From: Anaerolineales bacterium
GTDB taxonomy: Bacteria; Chloroflexota; Anaerolineae; Anaerolineales; RBG-16-64-43
Length of the DNA stretch: 64,000 bases
Reading direction: 5' to 3'
Assembly (NCBI GenBank): GCA_034430775.1
Contig: DAOUDU010000203.1
Coordinates: forward strand, 12,066 to 76,065
Below are positions 42,226 to 51,435 of the stretch, in pieces; the first letter of the stretch is position 1, and each line of letters opens with the position of its first letter. A program made the position numbers and the translations under genes. The notes beneath the pieces were generated by a model. The model did not search any database and was not told where the DNA came from. It saw only the letters and a program-made list of their open reading frames with translations.

Positions 42226-43380
42226 ATGCGCGAAGTCATCGTTCTTGGGATAGGCCAAACCCGGGTCGAAGAACACTGGGAGCGTTCGCTGCGGGATCTC
42301 GCCACCGAGGCGGGCCTGGCGGCGATGCGCGACGCCGGTGTGGACCGGATCGACGCTGTGTTCGTAGGCAACATGCTTTCCGGCCAGATCGCCCATCAGG
42401 AGAACCTGGGGGCGCTGGTTGCCGATTGGATGGGGCAGCGCGGGGCGGAAGGTTTCAAAGTGGAAGCCGCCTGCGCCTCCGGGGCGGCGGCGTTCCGGGC
42501 GGCGTTTCTGGCCGTGGCATCCGGGGCGCTGGACGCGGTCCTGGCCGTCGGCGTGGAAAAAATGACCGAGACATCAGGCTCGGAGACGACCGCCGCCCTC
42601 GCGTCCGCCGCCGACGCGGATTTCGAAAGCGTACAGGGGATCACCTTCGTCGGCTTGAACGCGCTGATCATGCGCCGCTACCTGCATGCGTTCGGATGGA
42701 AGCACACCGACTTCGGGGAATTTTCGATCAACGCGCACGCCAACGGGGCGCGCAACCCAAACGCCCGTCTGCGTCAACCGATTACCGAGCGGGATTACGC
42801 CCGGGCGCGGATGATCTGCGAACCGATTAACCTCCTGGATGCCTCACCTATCGGTGACGGTGCGGCGGCCGCGTTGCTGCTCCCGGCGGATAAAGTGGCG
42901 GGGGGCCCGCGCCCGCGGATTAAAATCGCCGGTTCCGCCGCGGCAACCGACTCGCTGGCTGTACATGACCGCAAGGATCCACTTTTTCTCTCCGCAGCAC
43001 ATTTGGGCGCGCGGCGCGCCTTTGCCCAGGCGGGTGTTACGCCCGGGGAGATCGATTTTTTTGAGTTGCACGACGCCTTCAGCATTCTGGCCGCAATGTC
43101 GCTTGAAGCGTGCGGCTTCGCCGAACGCGGGCAGGGGCCGCGGATGGCGCTCGATGGCGCGATCCGGCTCGATGGAAAATTGCCCATCTGCACCCAGGGT
43201 GGATTGAAGGCGCGCGGCCATCCGGTCGGCGCCACCGGGATGTATCAGATCGTCGAGACGGTCCAGCAGTTGCGGGGTGAAGCGGGGGAAAACCAGCTTT
43301 CCAAAGCGCGGATCGGCCTGGCGCAGAACATCGGCGGGTCGGGCGCTTCCATTTTTACGCACATTCTGAAAGCGGAATAA
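42226..43380 (+). CDS. Thiolase (acetyl-CoA acetyltransferase), archaeal-type
   Basis: Catalytic Cys VEAACASGAAAF, plus ELHDAFSI, GGLKARGHPVGATG and NIGGSGAS. Confidence 0.88.
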   Translation: MREVIVLGIGQTRVEEHWERSLRDLATEAGLAAMRDAGVDRIDAVFVGNMLSGQIAHQENLGALVADWMGQRGAEGFKVEAACASGAAAFRAAFLAVASGALDAVLAVGVEKMTETSGSETTAALASAADADFESVQGITFVGLNALIMRRYLHAFGWKHTDFGEFSINAHANGARNPNARLRQPITERDYARARMICEPINLLDASPIGDGAAAALLLPADKVAGGPRPRIKIAGSAAATDSLAVHDRKDPLFLSAAHLGARRAFAQAGVTPGEIDFFELHDAFSILAAMSLEACGFAERGQGPRMALDGAIRLDGKLPICTQGGLKARGHPVGATGMYQIVETVQQLRGEAGENQLSKARIGLAQNIGGSGASIFTHILKAE

Positions 43381-43396
43381 TCCATTGGATGAGACC

Positions 43397-43432
43397 AAAC
43401 CGGGGCGGTTTTACAGACCGCCCCGGTTTAAT
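43397..43432 (+). terminator. Terminator-like hairpin after the thiolase gene
   Basis: AAACCGGGGCGG / CCGCCCCGGTTT 12-bp stem followed by a weak T/A tract. Confidence 0.6.
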
Positions 43433-43586
43433 TAACCCCCCACGCAGACCGAGGCGGTCTTTAAGACCGCCTCGGTCTGCAGAACCGCCTCGGTCTTAAG
43501 TGGCACACTATTTGCACCGGATTCTTGCATACCAACATCCTTTATGCTAGGATAAATTCTGGTTTTCAGGGATTTTTGGAGGGAAA

Positions 43587-44288
43587 ATGAGAAAAATTAA
43601 GCCAATCGGATGCCTCCTGGCGATTGCGTTTGTTCTCGCCGGATGCACAATTTCTTACAGTAATCCGCCGACAGGTTCCCCCAAGACCGACGGCACATTG
43701 GCCTACTCCACCAATGCGGGCCCGGTCGCGACGATGAATGCGCTGCGGACTGCTTTCATCCAGCAAACCGCCCAGGCCCAAGGCGATAGCGGAACCCCCG
43801 CCGACGCGACAAACACCTCATCCTTTTCGACCGTCGCCGTATCACCTACTGTCGAAACCACACCCGGCGCCCAGGATACGCCCGAAACGACCCCGGCCGC
43901 GACACAGGCGGCGACGCTACCGGCAGCAGCTCCCTCGTCGACGCCGGGCGTCCCGACGACATATAAAATCCATGAAGGTGAGACGCTCTATTGCCTGGCC
44001 CGGCGGTTCGACATTGATCCGGTCGACATCCTCGCGGTGAACAACGACGATCCGGATGTGTACCCCGACGATGTGGTCAACATACCGCAAAACGGGGATC
44101 CCTTCCCCGGCGAACGTGCGCTGCATGCACATTCGCCCAACATGTCCTACACCGTCACGGCGGATTACGATACGATCTACAAGATCGGCTGCTATTTCGG
44201 CGACGTGGATCCGAACCGAATCGTCACCGCCAACAGCCTGAAGGATCCGTTCACCCTGACCCTCGGCCAGAAAATTATCATCCCGTAG
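43587..44288 (+). CDS. Lipoprotein with two LysM domains
   Basis: Lipobox AFVLAGC. LysM repeats YKIHEGETLYCLARRFDIDPVDILAVN and YTVTADYDTIYKIGCYFGDVDPNRIVTAN...GQKIIIP. Confidence 0.8.
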   Translation: MRKIKPIGCLLAIAFVLAGCTISYSNPPTGSPKTDGTLAYSTNAGPVATMNALRTAFIQQTAQAQGDSGTPADATNTSSFSTVAVSPTVETTPGAQDTPETTPAATQAATLPAAAPSSTPGVPTTYKIHEGETLYCLARRFDIDPVDILAVNNDDPDVYPDDVVNIPQNGDPFPGERALHAHSPNMSYTVTADYDTIYKIGCYFGDVDPNRIVTANSLKDPFTLTLGQKIIIP

Positions 44289-44316
44289 CGGTTAACTGAC
44301 GTTTCGACACCCAAAC

Positions 44317-44363
44317 GACGCGGGTGAAAAGGTGATCCATTGGATCACCTTTTCACCCGCGTC
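44317..44363. terminator. 23-bp perfect inverted repeat between convergent genes (candidate bidirectional terminator)
   Basis: GACGCGGGTGAAAAGGTGATCCA T TGGATCACCTTTTCACCCGCGTC. It overlaps the last codons of the PHP gene. Confidence 0.55.
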
Positions 44364-45022
44364 AGTCTTTCTATTCGTTTCTTCCATTTCGCATAGGTCG
44401 AGAAGAAGTGCACCCACCATGGGGACAGGCGGCCGAATACGCGGGCGTTGCGCAGCGCGGCGAGCAGCGATGGGCCGTCGTCGAAGGGCGGAATCTCCAA
44501 TCCGCAAACCCCCAATTCGAAGGCGGCATGCGCGTCGCTTCCCGCCGTTATGGGAAGGTGCCGGCCGCGGGCGAAATCCGCGGTGTTGCGGTTGTCCGCC
44601 GAAAAGAGGCAGCGCGCGTTAAAGCCCTCCACGGCGTCGATAAGCGGAACGATACGCGCCAGGGCGTCCGCTTTCCACGCCCCGCGCCGAAGCCGGTCGA
44701 ACGGATGCGATACGCTGATGACCGCGCCCTGCTCCCGCAGCCGGGAAATCGTATCTTCGGGGGTCAACCCTTTTGGTATTTCCTCGCGGAGGTAATAGCC
44801 CAGGAGTTCCCCCTCACGGGTCATGATCTCCTCGCCCGGGATGACCAGGTCCGGCGCCAGTGAAAAGGCATCCCGCGCGCCGCGGATCGTATTGTGGTCG
44901 GTCACCGCGATGCGGTTCAATCCCGCCCGCCGGGCGGATTCAATATAGGCGCGGATGCCGGTCAATCCGTCCTTGGAATACACGGTATGGGTGTGAAAGT
45001 CGACGCGCCAGAGATCGGCCAT
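44345..45022 (-). CDS. PHP-domain metal-dependent phosphoesterase
   Basis: VDFHTHTVYSKDG, IAVTDHNTIRG and GSDAH motifs. Confidence 0.85.
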   Translation of the reverse strand: MADLWRVDFHTHTVYSKDGLTGIRAYIESARRAGLNRIAVTDHNTIRGARDAFSLAPDLVIPGEEIMTREGELLGYYLREEIPKGLTPEDTISRLREQGAVISVSHPFDRLRRGAWKADALARIVPLIDAVEGFNARCLFSADNRNTADFARGRHLPITAGSDAHAAFELGVCGLEIPPFDDGPSLLAALRNARVFGRLSPWWVHFFSTYAKWKKRIERLTRVKR

Positions 45023-45036
45023 TTGATAGTTTTCCT

Positions 45037-46026
45037 TTATGCAGGGTTATCCTGTATCGCGCCGGCGGGCTTCGGCATCTCCCGTTTCCACAACCGGGGC
45101 GTGACCGACCATACGGCGAGTCCCAGGGCGACCCCGAACCATAAAGTTGCCAGCCGGATCAACAGTGTGGCCGCCGCGGCTGTGGCGGTCTCCGCCGTCA
45201 CCGTCAGGAGCAGGAGGCCGGTGATGCTGGCTTCCGCCGCGCCGACCCCCCCGGGTAGTGCCGAAACCGATCCCACCAATGTGGACACGGCCAGCACAAA
45301 TACCGCGCTGGAAAGGGTCGCGGTGGATGCCGGAAGACCCAACCCCAGCAGGATCAGATAAAAACCAATTCCTTCCCCAAGCCAGGAGATGGTTCCAAGC
45401 GTCACCGCGAAGAGGAGTGGCAGCGGTTGCAGCAAGCGGTAGCCGGCCTCGTAGAATTCCCGCAGCGGATGGATCTTCGCACCGACCACCGGCAGGCGTT
45501 CCAGCGCCCGAAGGATCGCCAGCATCAAGGGACGGATCTGGGAGAGAACGACAATTCCGAGCGAGACGACGAGTGTGCCCAAAAATACCGGCCAAAGAAC
45601 GGGAACACTGAATACACCAAGCGCCGAGAGGGCCAGTACCGCCAGACCGTCGCTGAATCGTTCCGCCAGCACCACCGGCAAACCGCGCGAAAAGGGAACG
45701 CCGCTCCATTCAGAGAGCCAGAGCGCCTTTAATGCTTCGCCCACTTTGCCCGGTGTCATCGCCAGGGGAAATCCGGCGACAAAAAGCCGCGCACTTGCGG
45801 AAGCCGTCAAATCCCGTGCGCCGATTCGGCGAACGTAATAATGCCATTTAATGAAACGCAGAAGGTAATTGAAGAGCGTACAGGCCAGCGCCAGGGGGAA
45901 AAATTCCCACCGGAAGCGGGAGAAGATGCTTCCCAGCAAGGACAGATCGGACCAGAAGGCCAGCCCGAGCATGACCAGGATTCCCAGCCCGAGGCCGATC
46001 AGAAGGCGGTTGCGAAGTGTGTACAA
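45037..46026 (-). CDS. Flippase-like (LPG-synthase TM / UPF0104) membrane protein
   Basis: 329 aa with about 8 TM helices. N-terminal pattern FFPLALACTLFNYLLRFIKW...FPLAMTPGKVGEALK is typical of this family. Confidence 0.7.
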   Translation of the reverse strand: MYTLRNRLLIGLGLGILVMLGLAFWSDLSLLGSIFSRFRWEFFPLALACTLFNYLLRFIKWHYYVRRIGARDLTASASARLFVAGFPLAMTPGKVGEALKALWLSEWSGVPFSRGLPVVLAERFSDGLAVLALSALGVFSVPVLWPVFLGTLVVSLGIVVLSQIRPLMLAILRALERLPVVGAKIHPLREFYEAGYRLLQPLPLLFAVTLGTISWLGEGIGFYLILLGLGLPASTATLSSAVFVLAVSTLVGSVSALPGGVGAAEASITGLLLLTVTAETATAAAATLLIRLATLWFGVALGLAVWSVTPRLWKREMPKPAGAIQDNPA

Positions 46027-46168
46027 TCCGTGACCTTTGGATAATCCAAAAGATTTTACCGCAATCGAATCCGTTCCGGGTGAGGGATAGATAACTTCAT
46101 GATTCGCGGTTATAATAAATGACGGTCGATAATTCCAAAGCCATCATATATGATGGGGAGGCGAATCC

Positions 46169-46378
46169 ATGGGTCGCTTTTTCTCATTTGTCGCAGGGTC
46201 GGTCATGGGCGCGGCGGTTGGCGCGGCAATGGCGTTGCTCCTCACGCCGTACTCCGGCGAGGAACTTCGCGAATTGGCGCGTGAGGCAGCCTACGCCAAG
46301 CGTGAACAGCTGGAAGCGCGGATGCGCGAGCTGCAGGAATCGAGCAGGCGATCCACCGCTCCCGAAGAAGAAGTCTGA
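46169..46378 (+). CDS. YtxH-domain protein
   Basis: 69 aa, GSVMGAAVGAAMALLLTPYSGEELRE followed by a charged helix. Confidence 0.7.
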   Translation: MGRFFSFVAGSVMGAAVGAAMALLLTPYSGEELRELAREAAYAKREQLEARMRELQESSRRSTAPEEEV

Positions 46379-46417
46379 TAAAAAAGGCTGCGCAGGTCCT
46401 GCGCAGCCTTTTTTTAT
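46379..46417. terminator. Bidirectional rho-independent terminator
   Basis: AAAAAAGGCTGCGCAGG TC CTGCGCAGCCTTTTTTT, between convergent genes. Confidence 0.8.
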
Positions 46418-46433
46418 TTAAATTGTCGTTGGA

Positions 46434-48479
46434 TTACCTGAGGACGACAAACTGGTAGGAGGCTTTCTGGCGCGTATAGCGTGCGGTTCCCAATACGATC
46501 AGGTATACCTCCTCGCTCTTCTCGGCGGTGACGGCCAAACTTCCGGACATTCGGTCATCCAGCTTTACTTCCTGCACGGAAATCCCCGATCCCTTGCGGA
46601 CCACCAGCACGCGGTAGCTTTGCGGAAGAACATTTTGCAGCCGTACAAAACCCTTGCCTTCCCAGCCGTCCAGACCGCTTTCAAAATCCGCCGAATAATC
46701 CAGTTCCGGGATGCGAATGTTGTCGACCAGCAGACCCTCGCCGTTGACGGCGGCGTCGGTTATGTATTCGAACCGGAGGAGTACCTGTTTGCCCGCATAC
46801 GCGGATAGGTCCACCGACTCATTCACCCAGCCGGACGAATCATGATCTTCACTGGAGCCGGTCCATCCCCAGCCGTAGCTGTTGCCCTGCGGATTGGCAT
46901 CCGTGCCGGATTCCGTCCGTAGGATCTTCCAGGTCTGACCGCCGTCGGTTGACGCCTCGAGATAGGTGTAATCCCAGTTTTCCTCGATATCGAACCACAC
47001 ATCGAATTCCAGAGTCGCGGATTGGTCCGCGGGAAGGTCGAAGGCGCGGGTCAGGGTCATATCGGATTTATCACCCCGGTTCGACCAGACGTAATATTTG
47101 CTGTCCTGGGGGGGAACCGGAAGCACTTTTTGGGTCGTCGACCCGGCGAAATAGATAGTATAGGCGCCCTCGCATTGGATCGCGTAGTAATCAAAACCGA
47201 ATTGGGAGACTTTTTTAGCTTGCGTTTCGGAGGGGCAGGAGGAGATATCGTCGATGTTTCCGACCCCCCTTGCATTCGGGTATTCTTTGAAGCCGAAGCG
47301 ACCGTTCTCGAATTCCGAATCCTGCAGGAGCAACGCGGTGCCGAAGTCCGCAATCACATCCTCGGTTGTGAGCGGGCGCGCGCTGGAGGGATCGGTCAGG
47401 TTCAACTGGCGGATAACTTCATCAATCCCGACCAGGCCGTTGGCCGGGTCGCGCACCAGCGCCTGGGTTGCTTCCCGGCCAAACCGGCCGAGGAAGTAAT
47501 TCATAAACAGGAAGGATCCGCCGTAATGGGCGAATGTGTCGTTGTCGTTGATGTCGCTCCAGGTGTTGAGCTGGAGGTCGGGATCGTGCAGATAATCCAA
47601 ATCCGCCCCGCCGACGCCGAATCCGTTGAGTGTGGTCGCCAATTCGGCGAATCCCTCGTCAACCCAACCTTCCTCATTCGGATCATTGTTCCAATGGATC
47701 ATGTGCTGAAACTCGTGCGCCAGAACCGACATAATGTAATCTTCGGTCAGATCCATGATGTCGGCATTCATGTAAAACATTTCGTGCTCATTGGAGAACG
47801 GATGGGCTAGGCGTGAGACTTCGTCCGCCGGACTGTAATACCCCGCCACGTTACTGCCCAGGCCCCTGGCCCAGAGGATGTAGAGGTGTGGATCGCCGTC
47901 GATCCCGGGCGACCATTCCGATCCAAAAAAATCCCGGTCGGTGGGGTAGATATCGTTCTCGAAGGTGTCCACCACACCGCGGATATCCGCATCGCTGGCG
48001 GTGACCGTCGTATCCACCCAGAAGTAAACGTGCGGGGTGGCATAGCGCATCCTGGCGGTGATTGAATTCGTTTCGTCGGTGTCGCTGTTGGAGACGTAAA
48101 ACGAAGTGGTGGCACCGACCGTGATCGGGGCGGCGTGGTCGGAAACGACCCGCGGAATGTCGCGGATGCCTTTCAACCGCTCGGCTTGTTCGACCAGGTC
48201 GCCGGCCGGCGGATCGCCCGCAACCAGGGAATTAAGCGTCTCCAGCGCTTCCGGTGAAACCGGATCCGAAAGCGGAAGGATATTGCCGCCGGGCGTACCG
48301 GGGGACAAACTTGCATCTGTAACGACCGGGTAAATCCCGGTGGCGGCCTGGGGCGTGAGGGTGGGAAGAGGTTGAAGCGACCAGTAACCGAGCAACGCGC
48401 TGCCGCCCAACCCAAGGCAGCACAGACAGGCAATCAGCGTTAAAACGGCGATCAGAAGGATCTTTCTGTTCGAATTCAT
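46434..48479 (-). CDS. M6-family (immune inhibitor A-like) metalloprotease
   Basis: Start at ATG 48479 after GGAGGA (MNSNRKILLIAVL... anchor). HEFQHMIHW zinc motif with downstream EGFAE. C-terminal beta domains. Confidence 0.82.
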   Translation of the reverse strand: MNSNRKILLIAVLTLIACLCCLGLGGSALLGYWSLQPLPTLTPQAATGIYPVVTDASLSPGTPGGNILPLSDPVSPEALETLNSLVAGDPPAGDLVEQAERLKGIRDIPRVVSDHAAPITVGATTSFYVSNSDTDETNSITARMRYATPHVYFWVDTTVTASDADIRGVVDTFENDIYPTDRDFFGSEWSPGIDGDPHLYILWARGLGSNVAGYYSPADEVSRLAHPFSNEHEMFYMNADIMDLTEDYIMSVLAHEFQHMIHWNNDPNEEGWVDEGFAELATTLNGFGVGGADLDYLHDPDLQLNTWSDINDNDTFAHYGGSFLFMNYFLGRFGREATQALVRDPANGLVGIDEVIRQLNLTDPSSARPLTTEDVIADFGTALLLQDSEFENGRFGFKEYPNARGVGNIDDISSCPSETQAKKVSQFGFDYYAIQCEGAYTIYFAGSTTQKVLPVPPQDSKYYVWSNRGDKSDMTLTRAFDLPADQSATLEFDVWFDIEENWDYTYLEASTDGGQTWKILRTESGTDANPQGNSYGWGWTGSSEDHDSSGWVNESVDLSAYAGKQVLLRFEYITDAAVNGEGLLVDNIRIPELDYSADFESGLDGWEGKGFVRLQNVLPQSYRVLVVRKGSGISVQEVKLDDRMSGSLAVTAEKSEEVYLIVLGTARYTRQKASYQFVVLR

Positions 48480-48555
48480 ATTATTCCTCCAAGTATCAGC
48501 CTGTAAAACATCGATCTGTAATCCGGGTGCGGCAGAATCAACACCGCCGCTCCGG

Positions 48556-48951
48556 TTACTTGCGCAGCGGGATACGGGCGACGCATTCGATCTCCACAGC
48601 GGCGGCTTTGGGAAGCGCGGCGACCTGGATCGTTGTCCGGGCGGGCGGGTCGAGCGGGAAGAATTCCGCATAGACGGCGTTCATCCGGGAAAAATCTTCC
48701 ATGCTGCGGAGGTAAACGGTCGTCTTGAGGATGTCCTGCGGCGTTCCACCGGCCGCTTCGAGAAGCCGGGTGCAATGCAATAGTGCCTGCCGCGTTTCGG
48801 CCGCGATTCCGCCTTCGACCAGACTGCCCGTTGCCGGATCCATTCCCAATTGCCCGGAAGTAAATACGAAATCACCGGAGCACACCGCCGGTGAGTATGG
48901 GCCGATGGCTTTGGGGGTATGTTCAGAAGCGATGATTTCTTTTTCGGCCAT
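48556..48951 (-). CDS. ridA: RidA/YjgF-family reactive intermediate deaminase
   Basis: 131 aa, APKAIGPYS-like TPKAIGPYSPAV, PARTTIQVAALPKAAAVEIE. Confidence 0.9.
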   Translation of the reverse strand: MAEKEIIASEHTPKAIGPYSPAVCSGDFVFTSGQLGMDPATGSLVEGGIAAETRQALLHCTRLLEAAGGTPQDILKTTVYLRSMEDFSRMNAVYAEFFPLDPPARTTIQVAALPKAAAVEIECVARIPLRK

Positions 48952-49132
48952 GTGCCCTCCAAGGTAATAACCGGAAATGACGGATGGGGAATTGGATGGA
49001 TCGAGGAAAGATATTGAAGATCAGGAGGTAACACCCCCATCGCAATTAGCGTATTATAAAGACCGGTCCGGCACGCGTCAAGGAAATCCGCAATGCATTC
49101 ACCGTGCTATAATCCATTGAGAGAGTCGAGAC

Positions 49133-49603
49133 ATGAAAAAGGATTTCTGGCGCGACTTGTACCCGATATCGGAAACCCGGAGGCGGCTGAGCCGATCCTC
49201 CTGGGTCTGGATTTACATGCCGATCGCCGCCAGCGTCCTAATCGCCGCCGGCCTCGCCGTCGCGATCCTGGTTTCCACTCCGGGAGACGGTGTTATGCAG
49301 GGCGGGCAACTCGCGGTAATCCTCCTGGCCGGCGGCATGCTTGCCGCAGGGTTCCTGGCCTGGCTGGCCATCCTGGCCTGCCTGTGGGGTCTTGGGGATG
49401 TCCTGCAGGCGCTTCCGGCGCTGACCACGCGAATCCGTCTGCGGTTTGTCACCGGCGCTCGTTTTTGGAAGCGTGCGATCCACGCGGTAAAACGAACGGT
49501 TGCGGCGGTTTCGGTTTTTTTCTCCCCGGACAGGGGCCAGGGGTTGCGCCGTTCGTCAACGCATCCGCGGGGAAGCGGCCCCAGGAAATTACACGATGAG
49601 TAG
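49133..49603 (+). CDS. Hypothetical membrane protein
   Basis: 156 aa with 3 hydrophobic helices. No family recognised. Confidence 0.45.
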   Translation: MKKDFWRDLYPISETRRRLSRSSWVWIYMPIAASVLIAAGLAVAILVSTPGDGVMQGGQLAVILLAGGMLAAGFLAWLAILACLWGLGDVLQALPALTTRIRLRFVTGARFWKRAIHAVKRTVAAVSVFFSPDRGQGLRRSSTHPRGSGPRKLHDE

Positions 49604-49841
49604 AGACCTGGCGTTGCGGCGCAAACAGGAAACCCGTACGCTGGGCGTGCTGCTGGCCGGGGGCGTCATCGGCGCGCTGGCCGGTGTCGGCGCCGCGTAT
49701 ATGCTTTTACAAGCGCAGGAAATGCGGCGCGCCACCACGGATGCGGATCTCCCGATCATCTCTTCCGGCGGCGCGGTGAAATTGGGGGCTTTACTGTTCG
49801 GCCTGTTCCGGCAAATCTACGAGATTGCCCAGGGCCGGTAA
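49596..49841 (+). CDS. Hypothetical small membrane protein
   Basis: 81 aa starting at ATG 49596, overlapping the upstream stop by 8 nt. One TM helix. Weak support. Confidence 0.4.
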   Translation: MSRDLALRRKQETRTLGVLLAGGVIGALAGVGAAYMLLQAQEMRRATTDADLPIISSGGAVKLGALLFGLFRQIYEIAQGR

Positions 49842-49855
49842 TCCCACGGCGGCGC

Positions 49856-50401
49856 TTACCCTCCCCATATCACCCAGATCAGCCAGACCCCGATCATCAC
49901 CACCCCGATAAATAATTTAAACCCGTATGCAAGGCCGCAGCCGAGGAGCGCCGATCCGGCGGAGGAGAATGCCTTCCTCCAATCCCGGTGGCGGCGGAAC
50001 TCAAGCAGCGCCATTCCGCACAGGCCCAGCAGGATTCCCGCGATCGGCGTCAGGAAAATCGATCCGACCACCAGCAGCAGGACCCCGATCAGGATCGAAA
50101 GCAGCGAGGTGCCGGTCGATTTTAACCCGAGGCCGGTGATCCAGATATCGGAGGAGAGCCCAATCAGGAGCAGCAGGGTGATCCCGGCCATGGCGAACAC
50201 GCCGGGCCACGTGAATCCGTGCAGGATGCCGTATCCCAATGCGGCAAGCCAGATGAGCTCGATCCCGGGCAGGATCGGCGCAATGACACCGATCAGCCCG
50301 ATGACCATGACGAACAGGATTGCATACAACAGGATGAACTGAACAGGTCCTGCCACTGGAAGACCGCCTCTCGTGTGGGATATACTCCCGGTCGGGGGCA
50401 A
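49856..50401 (-). CDS. DUF456-family membrane protein
   Basis: Four to five TM helices. IGLIGVIAPILPGIELIWLAALGYG resembles the DUF456 N-terminal signature. Confidence 0.65.
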   Translation of the reverse strand: MPPTGSISHTRGGLPVAGPVQFILLYAILFVMVIGLIGVIAPILPGIELIWLAALGYGILHGFTWPGVFAMAGITLLLLIGLSSDIWITGLGLKSTGTSLLSILIGVLLLVVGSIFLTPIAGILLGLCGMALLEFRRHRDWRKAFSSAGSALLGCGLAYGFKLFIGVVMIGVWLIWVIWGG

Positions 50402-50470
50402 ACCCCGATGAAAAAATTATAACGTACGCCCGCTGCGGCTTAGCGGCCGCGTCAACCGGAGGAGGAATCA

Positions 50471-51253
50471 ATGAAGGTTGTGGTGATCACCGGAAGCACC
50501 CGCGGGATCGGGTTCGGGCTGGCGAAGGAATTTCTCCGCCGCGAATGCGGCGTGGTCATCACCTCGCGCAGCGCCGAAAACGTCGGGTCGGCCGCCGCCG
50601 GCCTGGCCGCCGAGTTCGGAAGCGCGCTCGTATTCGACCAGGTATGCGACGTGACCGACTGCGCTTCGGTCCAGTCGCTGTGGGACGCCTCCGTGAAGCA
50701 TTTCGGGGCAGTGGATATCTGGATCAACAACGCCGGAATCAGCCACCGCCAGGCGGATCTGACGGCCATCCCGCCGGAAGAACTGCGCGCCGTGGTGGCC
50801 ACCAATGTGCTGGGAACACTGCACGGCGCGCGGGCCGCGATGATCGGCATGCGCGAGCGCGGCAGCGGCGCAATCTACAACCTGGAAGGCCTGGGCAGCG
50901 ACGGGCGCAGGATGCAAGGGCTTCACCTGTACGGCGCGACCAAGTACGCCATTGCGTACATTACAAATGCCCTGGCGGACGAGGCGAAGGGCAGCGGGGT
51001 GATTGTCGGCGCGATCCAGCCCGGCATGGTGCTCACGGAATTGATCACATCACAATATACGGGGCGCGAGGCGGATTGGCGCAGGCTTGAGCGAATGTTC
51101 CGGATCATCGCCGCCGAGGTCGACGAGGTGGCGCCCTGGGTGGCGGAAAAGGTGCTGGCCAACCGGCGCAATGGAGTCCGGATCCGGTACGGCGGCGTGG
51201 GCAGGATGATCTTGCGGATGTTCCGCGGCGGCGGCGCGCACGCAGCCAAATAA
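50471..51253 (+). CDS. SDR-family oxidoreductase
   Basis: TGSTRGIG (cofactor binding), NNAG and YGATKYA (YxxxK). Confidence 0.88.
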   Translation: MKVVVITGSTRGIGFGLAKEFLRRECGVVITSRSAENVGSAAAGLAAEFGSALVFDQVCDVTDCASVQSLWDASVKHFGAVDIWINNAGISHRQADLTAIPPEELRAVVATNVLGTLHGARAAMIGMRERGSGAIYNLEGLGSDGRRMQGLHLYGATKYAIAYITNALADEAKGSGVIVGAIQPGMVLTELITSQYTGREADWRRLERMFRIIAAEVDEVAPWVAEKVLANRRNGVRIRYGGVGRMILRMFRGGGAHAAK

Positions 51254-51329
51254 TTTCCCCTGTTCAACACATCTTCTCTTTGTCATGATGGGTAAAATAA
51301 TTACCATTCGCTGAAAAAGGGGATTCTAT

Positions 51330-51398
51330 TCTCCCTCCCCCCCAAGACCATGTCCCCCCATTCCGAAGGAATGGGGGGACTACAGGGGCGTGGGAGGA
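51330..51398. repeat. C-tract/G-tract hairpin (family 2)
   Basis: GTCCCCCCATTCC GAA GGAATGGGGGGAC inner stem, with CTCCCTCCCCCC / GGGGCGTGGGAGG outer arms. Confidence 0.6.
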
Positions 51399-51435
51399 CG
51401 TTTTCAATGATCGTGAATATGGAATAATCCTACAT

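Noticed and set aside
43381-43587. Possible cyclic-di-AMP (ydaO-type) riboswitch upstream of the LysM lipoprotein gene
   Set aside because: The region is explained by terminator-like and family-4 hairpin repeats. I could not identify the conserved riboswitch core by eye.
44317-44363. 23-bp perfect palindrome as a protein-binding site or mobile-element end
   Set aside because: Its position between convergent genes and its A/T-rich flanks fit a bidirectional terminator. There is no second copy in the window.
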